DNA from: the human T2T-CHM13v2.0 reference genome, Homo sapiens
Assembly (NCBI RefSeq): GCF_009914755.1
Contig: NC_060927.1
Direction: 5' to 3' (one strand)
DNA length: 64,000 nt
Shown: positions 36,808 through 56,820 of the stretch, in pieces
Layout: each line of letters opens with the position of its first letter
Numbering within the stretch: position 1 is the stretch's first letter
Notes under the pieces: generated by a model
Told to the model about the DNA's origin: nothing
The model's input: only the letters and a program-made list of their open reading frames with translations
Database searches by the model: none
Position numbers and translations under genes: made by a program

Positions 36808-36907
36808 TAGGGAGGATTGGGAGTCAGGAGAGAGACAGAAAGTCAACCTAGGACCTTTAGGGAGGATTGGGAGTGAGGAGAGAGACAGAAAGTCAACCTG
36901 GGACCTT
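36808..36907. repeat. 50-bp tandem duplication (2 copies)
   Basis: 36808-36857 vs 36858-36907, 48/50 identical. Confidence 0.92.
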
Positions 36908-37208
36908 TTTTTTTTTTTTTTCTTTTTTGAGACAGGGTCTCGCACTGTCACCCAGGCTGGAGTGCAGTGGGATGATCATGACTTGCTGCAGTCTCTGACC
37001 TCCCAGGCACAAGCGATCCTCCTGCCTCAGCCTCCGAGTAGCTGGGACTACAGGCATGCACCACCACACCCAGTTAATTTTATTTATTTTTTTTGTAGAG
37101 ATGGGTGTCTCACCGTGTTGCCCAGGCTTGAACTCCTGGGCTCAACCGATCCTCCTGCCTTGGCCTCCCAAAGTGCTGGGATTACAGGCATAAGCCACTG
37201 TGCCCAGC
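36908..37208 (-). mobile_element. AluJ-like
   Basis: Dimer with CAACCTGGG flank duplication. Confidence 0.88.
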
Positions 37209-38322
37209 TTCCAACCTGGGCACTTCTTAAGCTTTACTGCCCAAGTAAGGAGGCCTTGCTGTGTCACAAACAGACAGGGTGGAAGGAGCACTGAATTCGG
37301 AGTCAGGAAACCTGATTTCAAATAAGGGCCCCACCCCTTAATGGATTTATGCTTTTAGAAAGTGACTTTTGAATTTCTTGGAGCATATTTGTAAACATTT
37401 TGTGAGTATTAAATGAGATAACCCATGTGACAGCTCAAGTGGCTCAATATGAGTTGGACCTAAATCAGACTCGAGCCCAGCCTTCCCTTCCTGAGAGGCA
37501 GCCTCCATATGCAGTTTAGGTCCCTGACTGCCACCTGCAGCCTCACCAGAATGCATTCAGGGAGCGTTGCTGCCGGTCTCTCATGCCGAAGATGTGGTGG
37601 TAGCTCAGATGAGCACCTGACACACACAACGCCCCATGCTTGCAAATCTCCCATCCCCTCTGTTAGTTAGCCCCTTCCCTCTGCTTTATGGATGAGGATG
37701 GGGGACCTAGAGAAGGTCCCAGTCCTTGGTAGCAGGCCCTCTCTCACACCCCATCTATGGGAAGACAGGGTCCCTTTTCTACCTCTGACTTTGATGATTC
37801 TTGGTCTCCTCTAACTTGCTGTTACACCCAAGTAGGAATTTTTGACTCAAATAAAATAGGAAAGTCGATCCGATTTAGTAATCAAGTCAAAGTCCTCTCC
37901 TTAATCCACTGGGACACCCATTATTTCAAGACCTGGACTGTGACTTGTGGTCTCTGGCTGTTGGTGGCTAGCTCTGTGACCTTGGACAAATGCATGCCAC
38001 CCTGGGTATGCCACCTCAGAGAATCAACTCTCAGCCCTGTGCAGCCCCTTCCAGCTCTGAGATTATCAAATGAAACATACATGTAAGACTGGGAGGCTTC
38101 TTCACATAAATAATAAATGAAATGGTTTTTTTTTTAGAGTATTCAAATGGGGTAAAAAATTAACCCCTCAGCTTATGCCATTCCTCCCTCATTCCACTTC
38201 TCTTTGCAATGACTACTGTTTGCAGTTTGATGTCTGTCCTTCTAACCCCTTTGTACACATTTATATATGTATTTGTGGCTATATGCAAATACATTTTTAA
38301 AACTCAGTAGATGGATTACAAT

Positions 38323-38546
38323 CAAACTTGTTCAACCCGTGGCGTGGGGGCCGCATGTAGCCCAGGATGGCTTTGAATGCGGCCCAACACAAATTCGTAA
38401 ACTTTCTTTAAAAATTATGCGTTTTTTTGTGTTTTTCTTTTTTCTTTAATCTCATCAGCTATCATTAGTGTTAGTGTATTTTATGTGTGGCCCAAGATAA
38501 TTCTTCCAGTGTGGGCCCAGGGAAGCCAAAAGATCGGACATTCCTG
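38323..38546. mobile_element. MER30 hAT MITE
   Basis: GGATGGCTTTGAATGCGGCCCAACACAAATTCGTAAACTTTCTT...GGCCCAGGGAAGCCAAAAGATCGGACA. Confidence 0.85.
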
Positions 38547-39567
38547 GCATTATACTAGTCCATTTACAAACTTGCCTTGTTCATTTTACTGTGTGTATTG
38601 GAGGTCTTCCCATGTCAGTGTTTTTTTTTTTTTTTTTCATAGCTGCATTGCATTCTATATTTTGAATGTGTTTACCTTACCAATCTTCTGTTGATGGACA
38701 TTTATGTATTCCCATAAAAATATATTTCTAAGTGTTTTTAGACCTCAAACATATGGAGAGATGGTTGTAAATGTCAGTGGGTTAAATGAACCTAGTCCAT
38801 CAAGTTCTGGAAAGGATGGTGAGAGAGTGGGCACAGAAACACTGGGGTCTGCACTCTGGAAAGCTGAATTGAAGGGCTCTCAGGAAGCTACCAAGAGGCT
38901 GTTTGCATGGAAGGTTATTTTTGGAGATAGCCTGCCTGGTTTGGTGTCCTCAGCTTCAAGTGCAAACACTGAGCTGCGTCATCACGTTCCCCTCCCCTTC
39001 CCACCATCCTTGGGCCTTCCAAGTTTGTTTCTGGTCTCAGGGTCAGGAACAGGACCTCGTGGGAGAACTGGCACTTAAGTGGTAGGGAGGGAGGAGAGAG
39101 AACTGAAGAAAAGGAGTGTTTGATCTCGGGCTCTGGAGGAGGAATTGTTACAGTTATATTGTACTTTGTCTGGTTGTTCAAACCTACCTGGAGTGTTATG
39201 CTTCCCTGGGTCCCCTCCAGAGAGTGATAAAATGATGCACACCCAGAAATTGGCTACTTGGATGACAGTGGCTTAGGACAACATATCGGAGGTGGAATAA
39301 ATGTGGAAACTAGGACTTTCTAGTCTGCAAGAGATAAAAATAAGAGGCATCCTTTTCATGCGGAAGAAATCACACTTCATTACAGTCACACTGAGTGGCT
39401 GCTGCAGACGGGAGAAGCAAGATGGGCGGGGGGTGAGGAGGGGAAAGAGTTGCAGGAAAACAAATAAGGAAGAACTGACTTAACGGAGCTACCCAACAAT
39501 GGAACAAGCTGTGTTACAAGGAAGCCACTGCCGTGTTATAAAGTGATCCAAGCAAAAGTTGCAAGTA

Positions 39568-39886
<319 letters not shown>

Positions 39887-40636
39887 TCAGAGGACTTCTG
39901 CATTGCAGAGGGGTTGACCTCAATGGCCACTTAGGCCCCCTGCAGCTTTGAGAGTCTGTGACTATGGGGCAAGAAGCAGAAAGGTGCAAACTAGAACTAA
40001 AGGGGTGGGACAAGTTATAGACAATGTAGTGAAGTAGTTTTCACCTGCTCTGAAAAGGTGGAATAAGATGGAAGCCATCAAAGGAGGCTTAAGCCTTGTT
40101 TCCCTTGGATCTTGGCAACTCTCTCCCTGTTCTGTCCTTGGCTTCAGCTCCCTTTGACCTTGTATTCTTAAATTATTTCCACAGGAATAAATACCTTACG
40201 TACACTTTAGATGATCAGGAAATCTGGCACCTGGAAAAGAACTGCATGTCCCAGGAGGATGGTTGTAAGTTTTTTCATTGCAGTCTTTGTAAATCTGCAT
40301 CCGTCTGTTGGTTGATGGAGTTTTCCTTAGTACAGTGCCGAGCTTCCAGCTTTAATTTTAGGAATGCTGTACCCTTTACAACCTCTCGATGGTCCTCTGT
40401 GCTGGAATCGAGGGCACCCACCGTGTTTAAGGCTGATCCCTTTCTTTCCTGCAAGTGAAGAAGAATGTTTTGACTTAAGTCTTAACCAAGTCTGGTGAAG
40501 GAAACGTGGCAAAATTTACCATCTTCTGGGCTTTTGCTGTGTGCCTGGCCCTGATTAGGCATGTTGTGTGTTCTCTCATCCAATCATCACAGGAAGATCT
40601 GCTGTGTCGGTATCATTAGCTCCATTTTGCAAATAA

Positions 40637-40861
<225 letters not shown>

Positions 40862-41187
40862 TAGATCCAAATAATCCCCATAGTCTGTTGCTTCCAGAGC
40901 TTAGTTGAAGGCAGATATGCACATATTAATTACAATATAGTGTGATAAATATTATGATTTGGGTGTGCACAGATGATGGGAAGAAGATCCAGTAAGTTTG
41001 GGAAAGATTTCTGGAAGAGGCAACACACAAGCTGTGTCTTAGAAAGTAGTAGCTATTAGCCTCTGGGAAATGAGCATTTTTGAGGCAGGGGAAGGCTGCA
41101 GGAGCAAAGATTTGAGGGTGAGAAATGGCTCATTGTATATGTCAGGGAAACACTAGCAGGTTGATATTCCTGGAGAGAAATGCATGA

Positions 41188-41584
<397 letters not shown>

Positions 41585-42873
41585 TATTATCTCAGATTAA
41601 TAGGCGAGGAAACAAAGGTTGAAGGAGATTCAGTGACTTGCTCAAAGTCAGACCGTGAGTGTGTTGAGTTGCGTGGTCTTGAACATAGGCCTGCTTGCCT
41701 CCAGAGCCCATGTCTCAGCCTCCACTTCAGTGCCTGCAGAGGCAGGCTGTGAAAGTCTGGCTTGCTGGCTAAGACGATTGTTCCCTCTCTTTTAATGTTT
41801 CAAGGACAACATCCCTTGCCGAATCCTCTTCTTTCAACCTGCCTCATGGTGTTACCCAACTTTTTGTTAAATTGGGACTAGTGGGTCTGATGTTGACAGG
41901 TTTTCTGAGTCTTGGTTCTAGGGTTCACCTTCCTTTTTATCCAGCCAATCAGTAATCCAGAAGTCTTCAAATAAAATCTTTATGTGCCCAACCACGTGTG
42001 AAGAGGGAGAAGATTCATCTCGTTTCTCAAAAGATCCAGGTTTATTTGTGAGCCCAGGTAGTGCCTGCGAATCCTTTAGTTTGGAGAAACACTTTGGGGA
42101 CTGGAACAGGAACAATCACAGCTGGCTGGAGGAACGTGGGGTAATGGGCCTTGAGCTGTCCCTTTAAGGATGAGTAGGAGTTGGGAAGGTGGAGGGCATA
42201 ACATATGAGCAAAATTATTGTCTCACTTAATGGTGAATGGGACATCTTTTGCCTATTCTCCCCATCCTCCAAGATAATTCCTGGGTTAGAGTTGGCTCTC
42301 GGGTAGGAGAGGCAGTATGGGGAATTCATTCATGCAAAATCAAGATTATTGAAAACTAATTAATTGGATCCCAAAGACAAGATGATGAAACTACTCAATG
42401 AAATAAAAAAGGTAATTACAGAGCCAAGGAAGACATTGGGGATAAAAACAATGTCATTACAGAAAAAGTTACCAGGAAACATAACAGAATCTGTTGAAAA
42501 TGAAATTGCTAACAGAGAAGGAAGGCTTGAGGAAAATCACAGCCTATGCTGAGAAAAAAGATAACGCACTTAAATCAGAGATCTAAAGATCATACAAAGG
42601 TGGGCCTTCAAAAGGGTAATTGGAGAGTCTGCGGAGGCACGCGTCGCTTTTGCTCATATTCCATTGGCCAAGACTTAGTCACATAGATAGACACACCTGG
42701 CTGTAAGTAACTCTGGGAAAAAGTCTCCAGCTGAGAGGCCATATGCCTTCTTAAAACTCAGTTTTGGGGAAAGCTTTCTACTACTGAAAGGAAAACCTGG
42801 ATATTGGGATCAACTAGTATCTGCTTTAAGGGAAGTCATGTTGGTCTCAGACATGACTGAACAGGTTTACAGA

Positions 42874-43165
42874 GGCCAGGTGAGGTGGCTCATGCCTAAA
42901 ATCCTAGCACTTTGGGAGGCAGAAGCCTGCGGATCGCTTGAGGCCAGAAGTTTGAGACCAGCTTGGGCAACATAGCGAGACCCTAATGAAAATCATCAGC
43001 TGGGTGTGGTAGTGCATGCCTGTAGTCCTAGCTACTTGGAAGACTGATGTGGGAGGATCCCTTGCCCAGGAGCTCGGGGCTGCAGTGAGCTATGATTGTG
43101 CCACTGTGCTCTGGGCTGGGTGAAAGAGCAAGACCCTGTCTCTATTTAAAAAAAAAAAAAAAAAA
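42874..43165 (+). mobile_element. AluJ-like
   Basis: Diverged dimer; GTTTACAGAG on both flanks. Confidence 0.85.
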
Positions 43166-43541
43166 TTGTTTACAGAGTTCTGGGGCAAAGGCAATGGGAC
43201 TGAAGAATTTTACACTCAAATTACTTTGCAAGTATGTCAGGCAGATATCCTCACACTTGCAAGAATTTAGGGAATCTAGCACTGAAGAGGCCTTCTCAGG
43301 AAACCCACTTGAGGAAGAAAAAGATTAATCGACAAACATACTTAGAAGGCATAGTGGAAGGTCAATTGGTGAACTCTTAATCCGTTCAAATAGAGAAGCA
43401 AAGCTAAGCAGGGGCAGGGATGGGCAGTGAGGACTAAGGAACAGAATGTGAGGAAGTAGAAAGAATATACCAGAAATAGGGGGTTAGGGGAGACGTGAGG
43501 AGATGTTAAGTGCTAACTTTAATTAGAAGTGTACCTTTTCC

Positions 43542-44155
<614 letters not shown>

Positions 44156-44197
44156 AAGTGTTCCTTTTCCTTATAAAATAAAATAATAAAATTAGCT

Positions 44198-44383
44198 ATT
44201 TTATTTTACTTTTAAAAAACTTATTATTATTATTTTTTGAGACAGTGTCTCATTCTGTCACCTAGGCTGGAGTGCAGTGGCGCGGTCACTGCTCACTGTA
44301 GACTCGATCTCCCGGGTTCAAGTGATCCTCCCGCCGGCCTCCGAAAGTATTGGGATTACAGGTCTGAGCCACTGCTCCTGACC
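44198..44383 (-). mobile_element. Monomeric Alu (FRAM-like or internally recombined)
   Basis: Right-arm 3' half joined to GATCCTCCCGCC...GGGATTACAGG...GAGCCAC. Confidence 0.75.
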
Positions 44384-45113
44384 CAAAACAGCTATTGTGT
44401 AAAGCAATCCCCATCTATCCTTTCACGCATGCTTTCTTCCATCTTTCACACTTCTATCCATATACAGATATAGAGACTTGAGGAATGATACTAATTCATT
44501 TATTTTTTCCTGGATAGAGGGCTCTTGGGTGATTTTTAGCTCTATATAGTTTTGCATATTGATTGACATTTTATAAATAATGAACTAGTCTTACTTAAAT
44601 CAGACCACTGAAGCTATTCTGAAAGGCACCATTAAAAACTGGTTCCTGGGGAGTGAAGAGTGGGAACGGAGATACAGATGGATGAACACTGTGGGGGATT
44701 TGAGAGTCAGTTATGCAAACACCTCACTCTAGGCAGAACAAAATACGTTATCAATCAGATGGACAGCTGGGGATTGGGGCCCACACGACAATGGAAAAGG
44801 TTTCACCCAGGAGACCGATGGAGTTTTGATAGGTGGAGAATGGGAGAAAGGACCTTTCTGGCCTGGGGGCAGCAGGAACACAGGCCTGGGGATGAAGGGG
44901 CGTTGGCATGTCTGGGGTTACTGGGAGCAGTTTGTTGGTGGTTCGTGGTTGGAGAAGCAAGGATGAAGGAAAACATGGCTGCTGTTAATACAGTGTGCAC
45001 AGCACACTAGATACTACACGTAGATATCTCTAGGTTGCCCAACAACCCTATAGCACAGGTACAATTATCTCTACTGTACACATGAGGGAACTGAAGTTAA
45101 GGGTGAGAGATCT

Positions 45114-45170
45114 GTGCTTGCTTCAGCAGCACATACACGAAAAGTGCAATGGTACAGAGAAGGTGAGCAT
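45114..45170 (+). pseudogene. 3'-truncated U6 snRNA retrocopy (U6 nt 1-57)
   Basis: GTGCTTGCTTCAGCAGCACATACACGAAAAGTGCAATGGTACAGAGAAGGTGAGCAT is 47/57 identical to the recalled U6 5' end; ACAGAGA box retained; followed by TAAAAAA. Confidence 0.85.
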
Positions 45171-46367
45171 TAAAAAATAGTGATGTTTATCTGCCCAGAG
45201 GCGCATGGTGGTGAGACTGATTTGAGCTCCCTGTGCTGCCTGCACAGCCATGCCCATGGTTTTTCTATTGTGCTATGATTTGTGGTGCACAGAGACCGGA
45301 ATCAGCCACCTTTATGAAACACAAAATGTAAAAATAATTGTATAGGTAAATATTTTATAAGTAAGTCTATTTTATACATTTACGTTTATGTTTAGATTGG
45401 TATTTATTATTATTTACATTTACCTATAAAATAAAACATGGTTTAGATGTAAATTTTGTAGGTAAATTTTTAGGTAAATATAAGAGCCTACATGATGGTC
45501 CAGACTCCACCATCCAGCAGCCGTGTGGCCCCAGGCTACTTAATCAGAACCCTAATTTCCTTGCCTATAGAAGGGGATAATAATTGTGCCACTGCCTAGC
45601 CTGAGATTAGTTTTTATGTTCAAATTAGATCATAGACGTTAAGGATGAGACAGTTTGAAAGAGGCACACAGAAGGGTTTGTTATTGCGGACACACTCCTT
45701 GCTCTGCTGAGAGCATACATCTGTTCAAGCACCCACAGGTGTCTGTGAAAATGTTCACAGTCATAGACACAGCCCCTACAGGGTTGACACAAACAACCTG
45801 GTCAACAGGCAAGAAACTGCTTCCCTGACTCAGTTAACCAGCTGGAGGCTGTAATGAAAGGCAGCAGAGAGTGAGGGAGGGAGGAGGCAGGGAGTGTGTC
45901 TGGCTCTCTCCCTGCCTGGGTGAGAATCCGCTCTTGCCTGCCTTCCTGGTTGCTGGGGAATTTCTGGGCCAGAGTTGCGTCGGGATGGCTGTCAACAGCT
46001 TGGTGAGGGTGGAGGAGGCTGTTCCAGACGTGCCAAGCTACAGGAATGAATGTTGGAGCTGCCACGCCGGCAGGCCCTGCCATGTCTGGTAGACGCCAGT
46101 GGTCTGAAAGAGGGACCAGGAAGGATAGGGTTGTCAGGGGACTTCGGTGGCCAGCTTTATTCTCCAGAAGTACCGATGAGGACAAAGCAAGGCCCTGACC
46201 TCAAAGAAATTGGGCTTCTGACAACACTTATCAAACTGGGCGGGCAGCCAGACCTCTGCTCTGAGCTAGTGTGGCTGGAGGCACCTGACGTTTGCTCCGG
46301 GAAGGATCAGGATGGTTGTAGGGTGTGGGCTGGGGCCTGGTATGCTCTTGGGGGTTCAGAAACTCTA

Positions 46368-46397
46368 GTGTGTGTGTGTGTGTGTGTCTGTGTGTGT
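46368..46397. repeat. (TG)n microsatellite
   Basis: TG run with one TC interruption. Confidence 0.9.
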
Positions 46398-48793
46398 ATG
46401 TGGTCGTTGGAGAGAGACCCAGGCTATTCCATATCGCTGAAGAGATCCGTTTCTTCCTTATCTCACTGGTCTCTCTGCTATACCAACACCTTTGGCTCAG
46501 CCTCAGCTCCAGCCAGCCTCAGTTCCGGAGGAGCCCCCTCAAATTCATGGCCCACAAAGGAGAGAGAAGACCTCTGATCTCTTGTGCCATGCTCACTATG
46601 CTATGTGAAATTTGCTATGTTAGACCTTGACATCCTGGATGGTGGGGATGATGACTGGTTTCTCTGCACAGCCCTGGGCCCAGTATCCTGCCCAGCCCTT
46701 AGGAGTCCTCATGGAATGAGCTCAGCTCCCGCGATGCTCCTGTTTGTCCACTGAGGTAAGAACACATCCAGCCACCAGTGAGTTGAGTGGGTGTTCTCTC
46801 GGTAAGATCAAGGTGTGACAGCAGGCAGTGAATTTGCAGTAGCCCGTGGTGGGAAGCCCGTGAGGCTGTAGTGGGCCCTCCTGCTCCACCAGAGAGTCAT
46901 TTTTCCTACCTGCCAATTCTAGCCTTGGAAATAAAAGCCAAGCAGGCGGGTGAAAGAGGGAAAATTCTCTGGGATGGTTCATGGATCTGAGCCCTGGAGG
47001 AGAGTCAAGCTTGGGACCTTGTTCTTCTTGTCTTATTTTGGGAACCAGGGTCATAGGAATTTGTTCCAGGTGAGAGAGGGAAGAAGGCAGCTAGGGAGCT
47101 GTGACGTGGCAGCCAGGCTGAGTTATCAGTTACCTAAGAGTCTGCCTCAGGGATTGCCTTTGTGGACTGCACAGTGCTGGTTCTGGGAGGAGGCTGGCCT
47201 TGGGCCTGAGCTGGAGGTGGTGGCTGACAGTGTGAGGAATGAATCCCCAGAAGATGATTCCTGCCAGAGGGCTTGTGACGGCTCCTTTTTTGCTTTTCAC
47301 AATGAACATCTTATTCTGGGCTGCAAATTTGGATGAGGGGAAAAAACTGGCCAGGAGGAGATGAACCAAAGGCGTCTCACAGGGAATCCTTCTGTACTTG
47401 AAGAGTCCTGCCCTTGTCTCCCCAGCCAGATCCAGTGACTCACAGTAGGAGGGCTTGGAGGCAACTCACTGCCTTCCCTGTTAACTACCGTTTGCAATGT
47501 CACCTTCCTCAGAAAGACCTTATCATTCGGAAAAAAAACCACATGCTTTGTAGCCAGACAGACTTGGGTTTAAATTCCAGATATGCCACTTCTCAGGTGT
47601 GCAAGCTTGGCAGCTTGGCCTCTCTGGTCCTCAGTTTCCTGTCTTAGTCTATATTCATCCTTTCTGCCTTGTAGCATTGGTGTGAGTCCTAGAGGTAGTG
47701 CCTAACCTAGTTTTGGGCACATGGTTGGAGACCAATAAATCGTGGTTATTTTCAATATCACAGCACATGTGAACGGTTATTCTCAGTTATTGTCCACCTG
47801 ATGGGCCACTTTGCTAGGGGCTGTGAATAGAAAGAGAAATGAGATACAGCCTCTCCCTGGAGGAGCTCTCCATCTAGGAGGAGAGCCAGGCCTGTGGAAG
47901 GGGGCACAAAGGAAAGCAAGTTGCACAAGCTGTGGAGGGAGCTGGAGGCAGGGGCAGAGAAGGCCAGAAAAAGAGATGATATCCTCAAAGGCTTTAAAAG
48001 AATGAAGAAGAATCTGCCAGGCAGTTGGGGCGGGGGCAGCATTGGATCCACTCATAAGGGAGGGCAGAGCTAACAGTGGAGGCTCCCTGGACAGGTGAGC
48101 CCTCGGGCTTCCCCCTCTCTGCTGGCATTTGATCCTACTCAGTTTGGGTCAGGATAGAGTCTGCAGTCGTTTTCCAGCAGGTGGTTTTACATGGGCAGGA
48201 ATCCAGCCAGGCCTGACTGGGGGAGAGGGTGTTGAGGTGGCACTTGTCATCCCAGTGATCTCTCCATAGGTATCTGGGCTCCAGGCTTAGGGCTAGGAGC
48301 AGGAGTGGGCCTCCTCAGAGGGAGTGGGACAGATTACCAGGCAGGAACTGCAAAGGCAGAGCTCACTAAAGTGCAGGCTCCAGGTCATGTGGATGGAGGG
48401 GCTTCACAAAATGGTACAAAGCGGTTGTTATCAAATTCAGACAGCAGGTAGGTGGGAGGAGGGGTGACCTGTGACTTCTGTGATTTCTGGGAAGTCCACT
48501 GACCCTTTATGCAGTGCTCAGTGTCAAATAAAAAGAACCGGAGAAGACCACCTTGATAGTTAAGGATATACATTTGTGGTTTTAGTTATTCACAAATGAC
48601 TCTAAAGTTCTGTGATATGATATGATTGGGTGAATCATTTGGATGAGATAAAAACAGGATTTTATTTGCTGCATGCATGTTGTGTGTCACCTAGGTGGTG
48701 ATAAAAACAAACGTAGAAGCTTTCATTTACTGAACTCTTACCATGTCTGGGCATGCTATATGCTTTACAAGTATCTCATTTAGCCCTGGCTAA

Positions 48794-49174
<381 letters not shown>

Positions 49175-49567
49175 TAATTCTTGGCCATGACTCTTAAGGG
49201 GACATTGGTGTTGTAGGCCATGTCACTTCATTTTGTTGGTCCGTTGGTTCTCAACCCTGGCTGTCATTAGTGTTACTGGTGGGAATTATAACACGTATTG
49301 CTGCCTGAATTCCTCTCAAACTAACGAAATCAAAGTCTTTGTGAGGTTGACCTGGGCACCAGTATCTCTTTGTTAACCTGTGCTGTTAATTCCAATGAAT
49401 GATAGTTGAGAAGCATGACCATTCCTCTGTCATCTAGATGACTGTTTCGCACCTTTTTCTCTCTCTTCAAGCCTCTAACACCTTCCCTATCCATACTCTC
49501 AGTTGATACCTTGTTTTAAACTTACCTGAAAAAATAATGGCAGTCGGAGGAAAACTTTCATACCTTT

Positions 49568-49980
49568 TGTCTTAGTCCATTCAGGCTGTGATAACAAAAT
49601 ACCGTAAACAGGGTGGTTTATAAACAAAAGAAATGTATTGCTCATAGTTCTGGAGGCTGGGAAGTCCAAGTTGAAGGCACCAGCAGATTCGGCGTCTGGT
49701 GAGAGCTTGCTTCCTAATTTATGGATGGTGCTTTTTCACCGTGTCCTCATGTGCTAACAGGGCTCACTAGTTCTCCAGAGCCTCTTTTATAAGGGTACTA
49801 CTGTATGAGTCCATGTTGCCTTGCTATAAAGGAAAACCTGAGACTGAGTAATTTATAAAGAAAAGAGGTTTATTTGGCTCATGATTCTGCAGGCTGTACA
49901 GGCATGGCACCCACATCATCTTCTGGTGAGGCTTCAGGAAGCTTTTACTCACGGCAGGAGGTGAAAAGGGAGGGGGTGTG
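49568..49980 (-). mobile_element. MLT1A-like LTR fragment (49568-49800) abutting an MST-like LTR fragment (49802-49980)
   Basis: TGTCTTAGTCC...TCTGGAGGCTGGGAAGTCCAAG...CTCTTTTATAAGGG, then TGTATGAGTCC...CCTGAGACTGAGTAATTTATAAAGAAAAGAGG. Confidence 0.75.
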
Positions 49981-50019
49981 CCAATTTTTATGCTCCTGGA
50001 GAGAGTTGTCTGCATTTGC

Positions 50020-51545
50020 ACCCTGCACTCCCTCTTCTCTCATTCTCATTTAAACTCAACATGATCAGTCTTTTGTACCCATCACACCACCAAAACCATA
50101 CCGGTCAGGCTCACCAGTATCCTCTCTTGCCAAATCCAGTGGTCAGATCTCAGTCCCTATCTTGACTGATCAGCAACTTTTGATACAATTGACCATTCCA
50201 TCCTCCTTGAAATAGTTTCTTCTCTTGGCTTCTGGAACATCACTGTCTTTGCTTTTCCTCTTCTCTCACTAGGTTCTCCTTCTCAGTTCCTTTTGTTGGC
50301 TCATTTTCTTTTCTTTTCTTTTCTTTTTTTATTTTTATTGAGATGGAGTCTCACTCTCTTACCCAGGCTGGAGTGCAGTGGCGCGATCTCAGCTCACTGC
50401 AACCTCCGCCTCCCGGGTTCAAGCGCTTCTCTGTTGGCTCATTTTCACTTGGTCACTGTGGAGTGCCTCTGGGAGTGGCCCTTGGACTTGGCCTCTTCTC
50501 TGTCTCCTCATGCCCTGGCCATCTCATATCATCAATTTCCTGACAACCCTCAATTTATATTTCCAACCCACACCTTTCCCCTGAGTTCCATGCTCAGATA
50601 TTCAACCATCTACTTGACAAGTTTCCGTAGACATCTAATATACATCTCAAATATGACAAGCCCAAAATCGAACTGCTGCTTTTCTCCCTAAAAGAGCCAT
50701 CCTCATTTCAGTGGACAACAATTTCATCTTTCCATCTTTTAGGGCTTAAACTCTGGAGTCATTCTAAATTCTCTTTCTCTCATGCTGCACCCACTCTGTT
50801 AGCAAACCATGTCAGCTGTGCTTTCACAATAAATTAAGAAACAACTACTTAATTCATCAAATTCATGTTGGTCCAGGACAGAAGACCTGTTCTTTCTCTT
50901 AGAATCGTTTCATAACTGAGCCTCCTGCTTGTAGTCTTGCTCCTGTGGTATGTTCTCAAAACAGTAACCAGAGTGATCATTTTAAAAGCTGTAGTGATGT
51001 GTCATTCTTCCGCTCAAAAACCAGGAAAGGCTTCCTCTTTTACTCAGAGCTTAGAAAGGCCTACAGGATTCTGTGTGACCCAGCCTTCAGACCCTGCAGA
51101 CTTCATCTCCTGCTCTTTTCCACCGCTTCATTCTGCTTCACCTCACTGAGCCTACTCCTCAGATATAAAGCACACTTTGGTCTCAGAGCCTTTCCACTGC
51201 TTCCTCCAGGCAGGACACCTTCCTTCATGTATCCTATTGTTTTCGTCTCTTCTTCAGGTTTCTATTTAGATGTCACCTTGTCAAACAGGCCATTTGACAG
51301 CCTTATATAAGATTATAATCTCCTGCCTGTCTCCTCCCACCGACTTGGCTCTCTCCCTTTTATCCTTCCTTGTTGCTGTTCAATAGCGTAGGTGGCCATC
51401 TGAGTTACTACCCTGTGTCTTTTCTCACTAGGAACTTGCTTCCATGAGGGCAAGGATGTTATCTCTTTTGCTCACAGCTATTTCTTTAGGACCCAGAGCA
51501 ATGCCTCAGGTATCATAGGCATAATCCACATTTGTTGGCTGAATT
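50020..51545 (+). mobile_element. L2 LINE (3' ~1.4 kb) interrupted by a short Alu
   Basis: GCCAAATCCAGTGGTCA, CAGCAACTTTTGATACAATTGACCA, CCAGAGTGATCATTTTAAAA, CCATGAGGGCAAGGA and terminal TTTGTTGGCTGAAT. Confidence 0.75.
50309..50431 (-). mobile_element. Severely 5'-truncated Alu with intact TSD
   Basis: TSD TGTTGGCTCATTTTC at 50294-50308 and 50432-50446. Confidence 0.88.
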
Positions 51546-51629
51546 TAACAAAATCCTCACAATGACATTTCAAAATTAGTTGGAATAACCCAAAATTTAT
51601 ACATGAAGAAACTGAGACACAGAGAGGTT

Positions 51630-53798
<2,169 letters not shown>

Positions 53799-54469
53799 TG
53801 AGGCGCAGAGAGGTTAAACAACTTTTTCAGAGTAACACAGCTTGCTAGTGTAGAACTAGGACTCAAACCTGCCAAGTGACTGTGTCGTTAGATCGTCTCT
53901 CTGTGGAGCCTGGCCTTCCCCCTGCACCCACATCTCAACTGCCTCATTTTTTTCATGTCTTGTTGCAAGCAGCCGGTCCCACAGAGTGAGAAAAATCCCT
54001 GTGAAAAATGTCGCAAGTGTGACTGGAGGTGTGGGAAATGCATACACAAACAAGCCCTTATCTGCAACTTTCAAGTCCAAAAATTTGTGAAAGTCAAGCT
54101 TTATTCTTAACCCATTTGGTGGCAAAACCTGATTTGGACTGATGTGAGGCTATTTATAAATCTATGGCTGTAAAATGTTTGTGTTTGTTTTTTTTTCTTC
54201 CTGGTAAATTAGTATTTCCTTTAAGGCTCTTTCCAGGAACATGCTCAGTTTTAAGACCCGATTAAGATCAGGCACAGCAGGCCAGGCTAAGAGGGGCATG
54301 TGTGAAATGCAGTTCTATACCAGAGGGAATGAGGGAAAGTCCACATGCTCACCAGCGAGGCCTCTCGCTGCTCCCAGCACTTTTTCTGCTTCTGTCACAC
54401 AGTGCTGGATACTAGAGTCAAATTCTGCTTTCCCTAGTCATGAGGCTAGAGGAGTCTTTCTGCATAAAC

Positions 54470-56820
<2,351 letters not shown>

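Noticed and set aside
38283-38290. Isolated octamer ATGCAAAT in intron 1
   Set aside because: Sits in AT-rich old repeat-like sequence beside MER30; expected by chance in 64 kb
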